Origin: Candidatus Jordarchaeales archaeon
GTDB taxonomy: Archaea > Asgardarchaeota > Jordiarchaeia > Jordiarchaeales > Freyrarchaeaceae
Direction of reading: 5' to 3'
NCBI GenBank assembly: GCA_038889235.1
Contig: JAWAHN010000005.1
Location: 1 to 22,048 of the forward strand
DNA: 22,048 bases
Made by a program: the position numbers and the translations under genes. This document shows positions 7,307 to 14,618 of this stretch, piece by piece (the stretch's first letter is position 1; each line of letters opens with the position of its first letter). The notes under the pieces were generated by a model. It had not been told where the DNA came from, made no database searches, and was given only the letters and a program-made list of their open reading frames with translations.

Positions 7307-7333
7307 GGGCAGGTTGGACGAGGAGAACTGGAG

Positions 7334-7720
7334 GTGGGTTGCTTGGCTGTTAGGGTTTGTGTTTGCAGCCTTTGTGGCTCGTACTTCTCGTCTAAGGCTG
7401 GGAGGCCTAGGTGTCCTAGGTGTGGGGGGTGGGGGAGGGTGGTTGAGGAGGTTCTTGGAGCTGCGGCGGCGGCTCGGAGGGTGAGGGAGTTGCAGGCTTG
7501 TTCCAGCTTCCAGGAGTCTGGGGTTGTGGGGCCCGGTCGCTGTAAGCTGAGGGGGATGGGTAAGCTTAAATCCTATGTTGAGAGGCTTGGAGGAGTGGTG
7601 ACGGTGGAGGAGCTAGAGAGGGAGTTCGACGAGGAGTGGCTTAAGGTAGCTCTGGAGGAGCTTGAGGCGAGGGGTTTGGTTGTGAGGGTGGGTGGGAAGC
7701 TAGTTTTCAGGGAGGTGTAG
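7334..7720 (+). CDS. Zn-ribbon plus winged-helix protein (start may be TTG 7343)
   Basis: CSLCG...CPRCG pair. C-terminal VTVEELERE...ALEELEARGLVVRVGG pattern typical of wHTH. GGAGGTGG SD before 7343. Confidence 0.7.
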   Translation: MGCLAVRVCVCSLCGSYFSSKAGRPRCPRCGGWGRVVEEVLGAAAAARRVRELQACSSFQESGVVGPGRCKLRGMGKLKSYVERLGGVVTVEELEREFDEEWLKVALEELEARGLVVRVGGKLVFREV

Positions 7721-7724
7721 GGGG

Positions 7725-8369
7725 TTGTCGTCCCTTGGCGGGCGGACTAGGGCTGCTAGGAGTGGGGGGCTTGTGATCCACGTTTGGGGGGAGGCTGGGA
7801 GCGGGAAGACCGCTCTCGCGGCTCGGGTAGCTTCAACTCTCTCCGAGGAGGGCTTCCACGTCATATATGTCTCAGATAGGCTTCCCAGGAGTGTTTGGGG
7901 GGATGTTGAGCGGGTGACCTTTGTAGTGGCTTCCGATGAGCGCGTTATTCCGGAGCTCCCAGACACGCTGGAGAGGCTTGTGAATCCGAGAACGAGGCTG
8001 ATAGTCTTGGACACTGCTGCCTCGCTTTACGGGCATTTGCCGAGAACCGCGAAACTGAGGCTTCTCCCGCTGGTCCTCCTGAAGCTTAAAAGGCTCGCAG
8101 CTGAGAAGGGGGTCTCAACCTTACTGCTAAACGACGCAGTGCAGGCGAGCGGTGGGGTGAAGCCGTGGGAGCAGGAAGAACTAGAGAAGTACGCGGACTT
8201 AACAGTTCACCTGGCGAAGTGGGACGGCGAGCGGATAGCTAAAGGCGCCCCGCTTACAGACTACCTCCCATGGGAGGCGCTAGAAACACTGGCCGCGAAA
8301 AGCGGTGAAACAGCGAGAGGAAGCCAAACCGGAAACACGGCACTAAACGCTAGGCGAAGCCGCGGGTAA
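7725..8369 (+). CDS. RecA-superfamily P-loop ATPase, RadB/aRadC-like (no HhH domain)
   Basis: Walker A WGEAGSGKT, HVIYVS, Walker B LIVLDT, LKRLAAEKGVSTLLLND (cf. LARKYDIAVVITNQ). GGAGGTG SD at 7711-7717. Confidence 0.78.
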   Translation: MSSLGGRTRAARSGGLVIHVWGEAGSGKTALAARVASTLSEEGFHVIYVSDRLPRSVWGDVERVTFVVASDERVIPELPDTLERLVNPRTRLIVLDTAASLYGHLPRTAKLRLLPLVLLKLKRLAAEKGVSTLLLNDAVQASGGVKPWEQEELEKYADLTVHLAKWDGERIAKGAPLTDYLPWEALETLAAKSGETARGSQTGNTALNARRSRG

Positions 8370-8430
8370 GCCACTATCCTCGCGGGGATAAATACTGCCG
8401 CCGTGTTCCATGCGGTGTTGCCGCTGGAGC

Positions 8431-8916
8431 TCAACGGGCGGAGGCCGTAGTGGTGTTTGTCGCGATGTTGTTTCGTGGAACCATGTTTGGCTGCCCGTGG
8501 TAGAGAAGGCTGGATGACGGTTTGCGGCCCTTCATTTCCTTTATTGCCACGTTGATTCTTCCGTCGACAACTACTCTGTAAGAATCCGCACGGGGGTTAC
8601 CCGTCCCCGTCTATGCTGTGTTGTCTGCCACGACGACAAGCTGCGTGTTAGTCAGGTCCTCTGTGAGGGTGAAGTTGTCTGAAAACGTGTCGTCTGGAGC
8701 TACACCTGCGGCTGCCGGCTTTGCCGTGGTAGGGCAAGCAGCGGAACAAACGGGGACAGGCGGCGGGACCGCTACGACAGACGCAACAGACAGTGCCGCC
8801 CCGACAAAACGCCCCCAATCTCGCGGCCAAACGCGTGGCCCAGAAACGCAACCGAAACACGCGACAAGAGCAGGAAGACCTTTCACCCTGGCAAACCTGA
8901 ACACTCCGCAGCACAC
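8431..8916 (-). pseudogene. Probable decayed secreted/surface-protein gene interrupted by an in-frame TAG at 8611-8613
   Basis: Frame reads ...DDTFSDNFTLTEDLTNTQLVVVADNTA*TGTGNPRADSYRVVVDGRINVAIKE... and stays open to TGA at 8431-8433. T/D/N-rich beta-strand-like text on both sides of the stop. Confidence 0.35.
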
Positions 8917-9138
8917 CAGAAAGCACGCGACTTCAAAAATCGTCCAAAAGCGAAACTTGCAACCCAGACCCCACTTTACAGACGCCTATCATGCAACTGG
9001 TTCGCCGCCTCCACTCTTCAGGTTCGCCTCGAAAAACAGCAACAGAAAAACAATGAAACGAAAACAGCAAAATGGGAAAGCGCGGCGGCTACAGCGGAAA
9101 ACGGTAGGGCGCGGCAGCTAGATGACGCCTGGCTGTGC

Positions 9139-9146
9139 AAAAGAAA
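9139..9146 (-). terminator. Possible oligo-T terminator after tfb
   Basis: TTTCTTTT on the - strand about 10 nt past the tfb stop. Confidence 0.3.
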
Positions 9147-9156
9147 GTGGTTTTTC

Positions 9157-10062
9157 TCAGACAGAGATGTTTAATCCAAGTTCCTTCACTATTTGTTTAT
9201 ATCTATTCCTGATGGTGACTTCGGTGCATCTTGCTACTTCTGCGATTTCCCTTTGGGCTCTTCTTTCTCCTGTTAGTATGCCGGCGATGTACAGTATGGC
9301 GGCTGCTAGTCCGGTTGGGTCTTTGCCGCTTGTTAATCCTTTGGCTTTTGCTTTTTGCAGTATTTCTAGCGCTTTTATTCTAGTTTTTGTTGAGAGGTTG
9401 AGTTCTTCTGCGAATCTTGGGATGAAGTCTGCTGGGTCTGGTCGGGGTGTCTTGAGTTGAAGCCCTCTTAGGATTAGTCTGATGCAGTGTGCTAGCTCTT
9501 TTCGGTTTACTTTTGCTGTGTGCTCGATTTCGTCTAGGGGTCGTGGGACCTTGTGCTCTCTGCAGGCTAGGTACACTGCGGCGGCTACCATGCTGTCGAT
9601 CGATCTTCCTCTTACCAGTCCGTTCTCGAGCGCCCTTCTGTATATGTATGCGGCTGTTTCTCTGATCTCTCTTGGCACTCCAATTTGGCTTGCGATTCTG
9701 TTGAGTTCGGGCATGGCTTGTGCGAGATTCCTGTCCTCCGAGTTCGTGACGCGCGTTCGCACCTGCCATTTTCTTATCCTGTATATTTGGGCTCTTCTTC
9801 TTGGCGAGATTTTGCGCCCATACGCGTCTCTATCTGATTTTGATATTGTTGTGCTTAGTCCTCTGTCTGGCATTCTTAGTGTTAGTGGTGACCCTGTTCT
9901 CGCTCTGTCTCTTTTTTCTTCTGGCGTGAATGCTCTCCATTCTGGCCCTGTGTCTATCATTGTGTTGTCTATGACTAGTCCGCACTCGCTGCATGTGGTT
10001 TCGCCCCTGACATAGTCTCTTATGATGTTTGTGCTGCCGCAGTTTGGGCATTGGGTGGTCAT
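9157..10062 (-). CDS. tfb: Transcription initiation factor IIB (TFB), full length
   Basis: Zn ribbon CPNC..CSEC, B-reader GPEWRAF, RIRKWQ, RNLAQA, two cyclin repeats, GKDPTGLAAA, TEVTIRNRYK. SD GAGGTGA upstream. Confidence 0.98.
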   Translation of the reverse strand: MTTQCPNCGSTNIIRDYVRGETTCSECGLVIDNTMIDTGPEWRAFTPEEKRDRARTGSPLTLRMPDRGLSTTISKSDRDAYGRKISPRRRAQIYRIRKWQVRTRVTNSEDRNLAQAMPELNRIASQIGVPREIRETAAYIYRRALENGLVRGRSIDSMVAAAVYLACREHKVPRPLDEIEHTAKVNRKELAHCIRLILRGLQLKTPRPDPADFIPRFAEELNLSTKTRIKALEILQKAKAKGLTSGKDPTGLAAAILYIAGILTGERRAQREIAEVARCTEVTIRNRYKQIVKELGLNISV

Positions 10063-10088
10063 GGGGTCTCACCTCTGAGGGAGTGAGG

Positions 10089-10104
10089 TTTTATAAGTTT
10101 TTCG
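10089..10104 (-). promoter_or_regulatory. BRE/TATA, proximal to tfb
   Basis: CGAAAAA-CTTATAAAA on the - strand, about 27 nt upstream of the ATG. Confidence 0.55.
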
Positions 10105-10156
10105 GTTAGTAGAAGTAGAATTGGAGTATTAGCTATTTTTAATTATCGCATGGGGG

Positions 10157-10171
10157 TTTATATATTTTTCG
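10157..10171 (-). promoter_or_regulatory. BRE/TATA, distal to tfb
   Basis: CGAAAAA-TATATAAA on the - strand, immediately after the stop of the upstream gene. Confidence 0.55.
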
Positions 10172-10564
10172 TTATGTGATGGTTGTTATTTCGACGCTTG
10201 ATACTCCTTGTATTTGTTGTATTTGCTGCATGAGTTGTTGTGGGTCTGTTTTCAGTTGTGCTTTATCTAGGTATGCTTCGTAGTAGCATTGTTTTCCTTT
10301 CTTGCAGAGTCCTGTGGTGTAAAGAAATGTGATGTTGTTTTTTACGATTATTGTTCCGAGTTCTTTTAGGAATTTTTGTGTGAGTTTGTCTATTGTTATT
10401 GTTATTTTTATTGTTTGGGGGCTTTGTGTTGGTATTATTCTTATTTCTCCTGTTGTCGCGATTGCTATAGCGTTTGTCTGCTGCAGTTGCTGTGTTAGTT
10501 CTGGTGGTATTTGTGCGGGTTGCCCAGGGTTTATTGTTATCATTTTTGCTGTTGTTAGGGGCAT
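10172..10564 (-). CDS. Hypothetical protein, possibly with a C-terminal ACT-like domain
   Basis: 130 aa, coupled (9-nt gap) to the SCP2 gene. C-half IKITITID..FLKELGTII..ITFLYTTGLC..CYYEAYLD..IQQIQGVSSVEI fits a beta-alpha-beta-beta-alpha-beta pattern. Confidence 0.6.
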   Translation of the reverse strand: MPLTTAKMITINPGQPAQIPPELTQQLQQTNAIAIATTGEIRIIPTQSPQTIKITITIDKLTQKFLKELGTIIVKNNITFLYTTGLCKKGKQCYYEAYLDKAQLKTDPQQLMQQIQQIQGVSSVEITTIT

Positions 10565-10573
10565 GTTTTCGCC

Positions 10574-10918
10574 TCAGAGCTCGTCTCGGGCTATTTCGAG
10601 TATTGTTCTGAATTTTACTGCGTCTGGTAGGGGTCCTGTTATTTTTAGGTCTCCGCTCATGTAGGCTGATGTTGCGTCTAGTTCTCCTTTTAGTATTGCT
10701 AGTATTGTTTCTTTGCTTGCTTCGAATGTGAGGTCGGGGTTTTGGTGTGTGCCCTGGTGTATTGTTAGTTTTCCGTTTTTTGTTTGGACGTAGAATGGTT
10801 GGGCTCCTTCTATGTTGAACTGGAGTATTCTGTCCCATCCTTCTATCTCTGCCTGTATGTCTTCGTTTTTTGCTGCGATTTCTTCTATTTTTTTGAGGAG
10901 TTGCTCTAGTTCTTCCAT
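10574..10918 (-). CDS. SCP2 sterol/lipid-binding domain protein
   Basis: ILQFNI..FYVQTKNGKLTIHQG...PDLTFEAS...ILKGELDATSAYMSGDLKITG is the SCP2 family signature. Confidence 0.9.
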   Translation of the reverse strand: MEELEQLLKKIEEIAAKNEDIQAEIEGWDRILQFNIEGAQPFYVQTKNGKLTIHQGTHQNPDLTFEASKETILAILKGELDATSAYMSGDLKITGPLPDAVKFRTILEIARDEL

Positions 10919-10964
10919 TTTTCATCCCTTTTTGTGGTTTTGGTTTGGGTTTTTGTGCCAGGTG

Positions 10965-10980
10965 TTATATAAGGGTTTCT
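10965..10980 (-). promoter_or_regulatory. BRE/TATA for the SCP2 transcript
   Basis: AGAAACCC-TTATATAA on the - strand, about 47 nt upstream of the SCP2 ATG. Confidence 0.5.
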
Positions 10981-11057
10981 GTGCATGTCTTTGGGTTTAC
11001 TTCAACTTGTATGGTTTTTTGTTGTGGCCGTTTTTTTGTTGCTTGCGATGTGTGTGG

Positions 11058-11071
11058 TAAAAGCTAAATAG
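11058..11071 (+). promoter_or_regulatory. Possible BRE/TATA for the gelsolin-like gene
   Basis: TAAAAG-CTAAATAG, the only A-rich patch in a G/T-rich intergenic region, about 47 nt before the ATG. Confidence 0.4.
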
Positions 11072-11117
11072 TGGTTGTTTCTAGTTTATTCTGTGGGTTT
11101 ACTGGGGCTGGTGTTCT

Positions 11118-12089
11118 ATGAGTGTGGTTGTTTATGAAGTTGACGAGGAAGGTGAGCTTGTCGGTCTTCCAGGGTTGAGCAGGGATGTTCTAGGAAGTGA
11201 GAAGGTCGTCATAGTTGTCGCCGAGAGGCAGAAGAAGATTTACCTGTGGAAGGGGAAGCGCTCCTCTGTTAAGAAGAAGTTTGTTGGAGCTAGGAAGGCT
11301 GCCGACTTGAGGGCGGAGTGGGGGCTGACTTTCAAAGTGGTGGCTGTCGACGAAGGGGAGGAGGACAGCGACTTTTTGGGGTTGATGGGCGCGAAGGCCG
11401 AGGCTCCCGTAAGGGCTCAGAGGAGGGCTGAAGCTGCTGTGGAGGTTGAGAGGGCGCGCACTGAGAAAGTCGAGGCTGTCCAGGAACGTGTGGCTGAAAA
11501 GGCGCGCGCCGAAAAAGTTGAGATTGTTCAGGAACGTGTGGCTGAAAGAGCGCGTGTCCCAGCCGAGAGGGTTGAGGTCGTTCAGGAGAGGGCGGCTGAG
11601 AGGGTTCGTGTTCAGCCTGTTGAGAGGGTTGAGGTTGTTCAGGAACGTGTGATTGGGGGGGCGCGCGCTGAAAAAGTTGAGGGGGGTTCTGCTGTTTCGG
11701 GGGTCCGTGTTCAGCCTGGTGGTGTTCAGGGTGGAGGTCAGCTTTCTGGTGATTTGAGTGAGGAGTTTGTGCTTTCTAAGTTGAGCGAGGTTGGAGTCCC
11801 TGAGGGTTATGTTAGGGAGATGGTTGTTGTCGGCCCGTGTGTTTATGTTGTGAAGGAGGTTAGGTCGAGTATTTTTGGTAGGGAGAGGGTGGAGCGTAGG
11901 TTGGAGAGGGTTGAGCCGCCTGAGGGCGTTTTTGTTGTTGAGGACTTTGTTACTAGGGTTATTGTTGATGGTGGTAGGGTTGTGGCCGTGGAGTTTTTGA
12001 GGGAGGATAAGGGTCGGGGCGTTGAGGCTTTGAAGAGCGAGATGGTTAAGCACCTTGAGGATATTATTTCCGCGTTTAGGAGCGGCTAG
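11118..12089 (+). CDS. Gelsolin-domain protein with repetitive charged linker and C-terminal extra domain (Asgard 1DGelX-like architecture)
   Basis: N-terminal ~90 aa VVIV..KKIYLWKGKRSSVKKKFVGARKAADL...VDEGEEDSDFL matches the gelsolin-repeat pattern (IYxWxG...xEGxExxxF). C-terminal domain VPEGYVREMVVVG...PPEGVF...RVIVDGGRVVAVEFL. Confidence 0.75.
   Translation: MSVVVYEVDEEGELVGLPGLSRDVLGSEKVVIVVAERQKKIYLWKGKRSSVKKKFVGARKAADLRAEWGLTFKVVAVDEGEEDSDFLGLMGAKAEAPVRAQRRAEAAVEVERARTEKVEAVQERVAEKARAEKVEIVQERVAERARVPAERVEVVQERAAERVRVQPVERVEVVQERVIGGARAEKVEGGSAVSGVRVQPGGVQGGGQLSGDLSEEFVLSKLSEVGVPEGYVREMVVVGPCVYVVKEVRSSIFGRERVERRLERVEPPEGVFVVEDFVTRVIVDGGRVVAVEFLREDKGRGVEALKSEMVKHLEDIISAFRSG
11454..11681 (+). 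repeat. Intragenic tandem repeat, about 4.5 units of 48-57 nt encoding ~ARAEKVEVVQERVAEK
   Basis: Units begin GCGCGC/GCGCGT/GTTCGT and share GAxAxxGTYGAG..GTYCAGGA. CAGGAACGTGTG occurs three times. Confidence 0.9.
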
Positions 12090-12146
12090 CGGGGTTGTTT
12101 TTTTCTTAAAGTTTATTTGGGTGGTGTGTGATTTTATCTGTGGAGG

Positions 12147-12920
12147 TTGGGGAACTTGCTTGTAGCTGAGAACGTTACGCGGATTGTTGGGATGCTTAGG
12201 GAAGAGTTGAGGGTGCTTGGGGCGATAACTGCCAGGGGGATTGCGCTTTACAGTGTTGGGGGCAAGAAGATTTACTCGGACTTGGACCCGGCTGTTGAGG
12301 AGAGACTTAGGGTTTTCGTTCCAAGCTTCCCGGGGCTGAGTGTTGGCTCGCACATAACGGTTAACATAGGTGAGAGGAACCTTGTGATCATGAGGTTGTC
12401 GGAGAGGGCTGTCCTAGCCGTTTTCACCCACCAGAGGGTCGGAATAGTGCTGGTGAAAATGGGAGCGCTCATAAAGTCGTATGGGTCGACGCTGGACAAA
12501 GTGCTCGAAGGAGTAGTTGAAGAAGAGGTTCCAACCGTCCAGCTACCCCCAGTCGAGGAGAAGGCTGAAGCAGCCGAGGCCGTCGAAGAAGTAGTCGAGG
12601 AAGTTAAAGCAGTTGAGGAGGCTAAGGTTGCCGAGGAGGTTAAGGTTGAGGCGCCCCCAGCGCCCGCGGCGGCTGAGGGGGCTAGGGGCGGCTTGAAAGT
12701 GGTAACGGTCCAAGTGCCCGTGATCCTCGACGCGAGCATAATCGAAAAGAGTAGTGGAAGAGAGAGGAAGATACTCGAGCTATGCGACGGGGAGAAGTCT
12801 GTGGACGAGATAGCCAAAGCGGCCGGCGTCCCGTTCTTCGAGGTCCTCCAGTTGTGCACGAAGTATAGTGCTAAGAAGAAGATACGCCTACTGGACAGGC
12901 CGAGGGTGGTGCAGGGCTAG
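12147..12920 (+). CDS. Putative Roadblock/longin/profilin-fold domain plus acidic linker plus C-terminal winged-helix protein
   Basis: N-terminal helix, GIALYSVGGKKIYS, then HITV..NLVIMRL..AVLAVF..VGIVL helix. E/A/V/P-rich linker. ILELCDGEKSVDEIAK is a wHTH motif. Confidence 0.55.
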   Translation: MGNLLVAENVTRIVGMLREELRVLGAITARGIALYSVGGKKIYSDLDPAVEERLRVFVPSFPGLSVGSHITVNIGERNLVIMRLSERAVLAVFTHQRVGIVLVKMGALIKSYGSTLDKVLEGVVEEEVPTVQLPPVEEKAEAAEAVEEVVEEVKAVEEAKVAEEVKVEAPPAPAAAEGARGGLKVVTVQVPVILDASIIEKSSGRERKILELCDGEKSVDEIAKAAGVPFFEVLQLCTKYSAKKKIRLLDRPRVVQG

Positions 12921-13017
12921 CGTTGGAGCTGCTGGGGGAGAAAGTGGAAGGGTGATTTTACTTCTCCTTGTGGCGGAGTGAAAGCACTTCGCCTTCTGGC
13001 GGTCTCTGATCTAGCAG

Positions 13018-13254
13018 TTACTTCTTCGTGTGGCAGACGGTCATCACCGCGGCTCCAGTGGTGGATGCCGCTGCGAGTGACGCTAGGATCGTGCCTCCCT
13101 GCGAGGCTGTTACTGGTATGAGTAATGGTAAAAGGTTACCATTGGTTTCGTAGATTGTTGTTGAGGTATATATGGGTGGTTTTGGGCGTTTTCCCTGTTC
13201 CCACTTGGGGCAACTGGGTGTTAAAGTTCGACTGATGACGGGGAAGAAAAAGTT
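13018..13254 (-). pseudogene. Startless 3' remnant of a C-terminally membrane-anchored protein
   Basis: 78-codon open frame without ATG/GTG/TTG near its 5' end: ...PPIYTSTTIYETNGNLLPLLIPVTASQGGTILASLAAASTTGAAVMTVCHTKK* (Thr-rich linker, hydrophobic stretch, basic tail). Confidence 0.35.
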
Positions 13255-13312
13255 TTAGTGTGGCTTCGTTTCTTTTTAGAGTTGAGAGATTGTTCTGGGT
13301 AGCGGTGGTATT

Positions 13313-14536
13313 TTGTCGGATAACGGTGAAATGATTGTTGTGACGGCGATTGGCAGGGATAGGCCGGGGTTGGTCGCCGAGCTCACCGGGGTAATAGCTG
13401 GGGTCAATGGCAACATAGTCGACATAGAAGAGGTTGTAGTAAGGGGACTCTTCGCCATGTTCATGATAGTCGACTTGAGCAAGGCTGCAGCGTCCTCGGG
13501 AGAGCTCAGGGAGGCGCTCCTAGCCAAGGGTAGGGAGCTGGGTTTACAGGTGAACGTTGAACCCTATGTCCCCGGGAGGAGGAAAGCGGACAAGAGGCTC
13601 GTATACATTAACGTCCTCGGCAAGGATAGGCCGGGCATAGTGGCCGCGATTTCCTCCCTCCTCAGGGACTACAACATAAACATTGAGCGCATACGCATGA
13701 TAGCGAGGGGGGAAATGTTCGCGATGGAGATGATCGCGGACGTGAGTGACGCAAGCGGCGACCTCGAGGAGGTTAAGTCTAGGTTGAAGGCAAAATGCGA
13801 GGAGATGGAGCTGAGCGCAGTAATCCAGAGGGAGGATGTGGCCGGTGTGCCTAAAAGGCTGGTAGTGTTCGACATGGACTCCACGCTCGTGGAGCAAGAG
13901 ATAATAGACGAGATAGCCAAGGTTGCAGGAGTCGGGGACGAGGTGCGCGAGATAACGAGGCTGGCCATGGAGGGGAAAATAGATTTCAGGGAGGCATTGA
14001 AGAGAAGGGTTAAGCTCCTGGCGGGGTTGAGAGTGGAGGAGCTCGAAAAAGTGGCGCAGAGTATACGCTTGACGGCTGGGGCGAGGGAGCTCATACAAGC
14101 GTTGAAGAGCATGGGTTGTAAGGTCGCCCTAATAAGTGGAGGTTTCACGTACTTCACGGACAGGCTTAAGGAGATGCTTGGGCTGGACTACGCGTTCGGG
14201 AACAAGCTCATAATAAAGGACGGAGTCGTGACAGGCGAGGTTGAGGAGCCGATAATAGACGCTGAGAGGAAGGCGGAGATAATAAACTGGATAGCTGAGA
14301 ACGAGGGCATAAGCAAAGACGAGATAGTTGCGGTCGGAGACGGGGCCAACGATAGGTTCATGCTGAAGAACGTCGGGCTTGGAATAGCTTTCAACGCGAA
14401 GGAGATACTGAAGCAGGTGGCGGACGGAGTCATAAGCCAGAAAAACCTGCTGAGCGTATTGTACGCCTTCGGCATCCCCCAGTCTAGCATAGAGAAGTAC
14501 GTGAACAAGGGTGGTGAGGTTAAAGAGAGCGGCTGA
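13313..14536 (+). CDS. serB: Phosphoserine phosphatase with two N-terminal ACT domains
   Basis: Two G(R/K)DRPG ACT motifs. HAD motifs VFDMDSTL, ISGGF, K, VGDGAND. Also AMEGKIDF..ALKRRV. Confidence 0.96.
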   Translation: MSDNGEMIVVTAIGRDRPGLVAELTGVIAGVNGNIVDIEEVVVRGLFAMFMIVDLSKAAASSGELREALLAKGRELGLQVNVEPYVPGRRKADKRLVYINVLGKDRPGIVAAISSLLRDYNINIERIRMIARGEMFAMEMIADVSDASGDLEEVKSRLKAKCEEMELSAVIQREDVAGVPKRLVVFDMDSTLVEQEIIDEIAKVAGVGDEVREITRLAMEGKIDFREALKRRVKLLAGLRVEELEKVAQSIRLTAGARELIQALKSMGCKVALISGGFTYFTDRLKEMLGLDYAFGNKLIIKDGVVTGEVEEPIIDAERKAEIINWIAENEGISKDEIVAVGDGANDRFMLKNVGLGIAFNAKEILKQVADGVISQKNLLSVLYAFGIPQSSIEKYVNKGGEVKESG

Positions 14537-14555
14537 CTGGCACCGAAACTTTTGC

Positions 14556-14569
14556 GAGAAAAATTTAAG
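14556..14569 (+). promoter_or_regulatory. BRE/TATA upstream of thioredoxin
   Basis: GAGAAAAA-TTTAAG about 50 nt upstream of the TTG start. Confidence 0.45.
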
Positions 14570-14618
14570 AGAGAGTTTCTCAGTTTAATGTTTTTAACCA
14601 ATTTCTGGGGGACAGGCT

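Noticed and set aside
1500-8369. Operon as a known cas module or an integrated conjugative element
   Set aside because: No Cas1/2/3/5/6/7/10 motifs, and no relaxase, integrase, att repeats or active VirB4 recognised.
8618-9121. 167-aa + strand ORF and overlapping short ORFs
   Set aside because: Low-complexity product in an A/C-skewed patch, with no SD or motif.
9380-11060. Alternative-frame ORFs over tfb/SCP2 (9380-9769, 9482-10015, 9830-10072, 10263-10925, 10329-10664, 10812-11060)
   Set aside because: They overlap well-supported genes and arise from compositional skew.
11190-12353. 387-aa N/P/L/T-rich - strand ORF
   Set aside because: Antisense shadow of the G/T-rich gelsolin gene.
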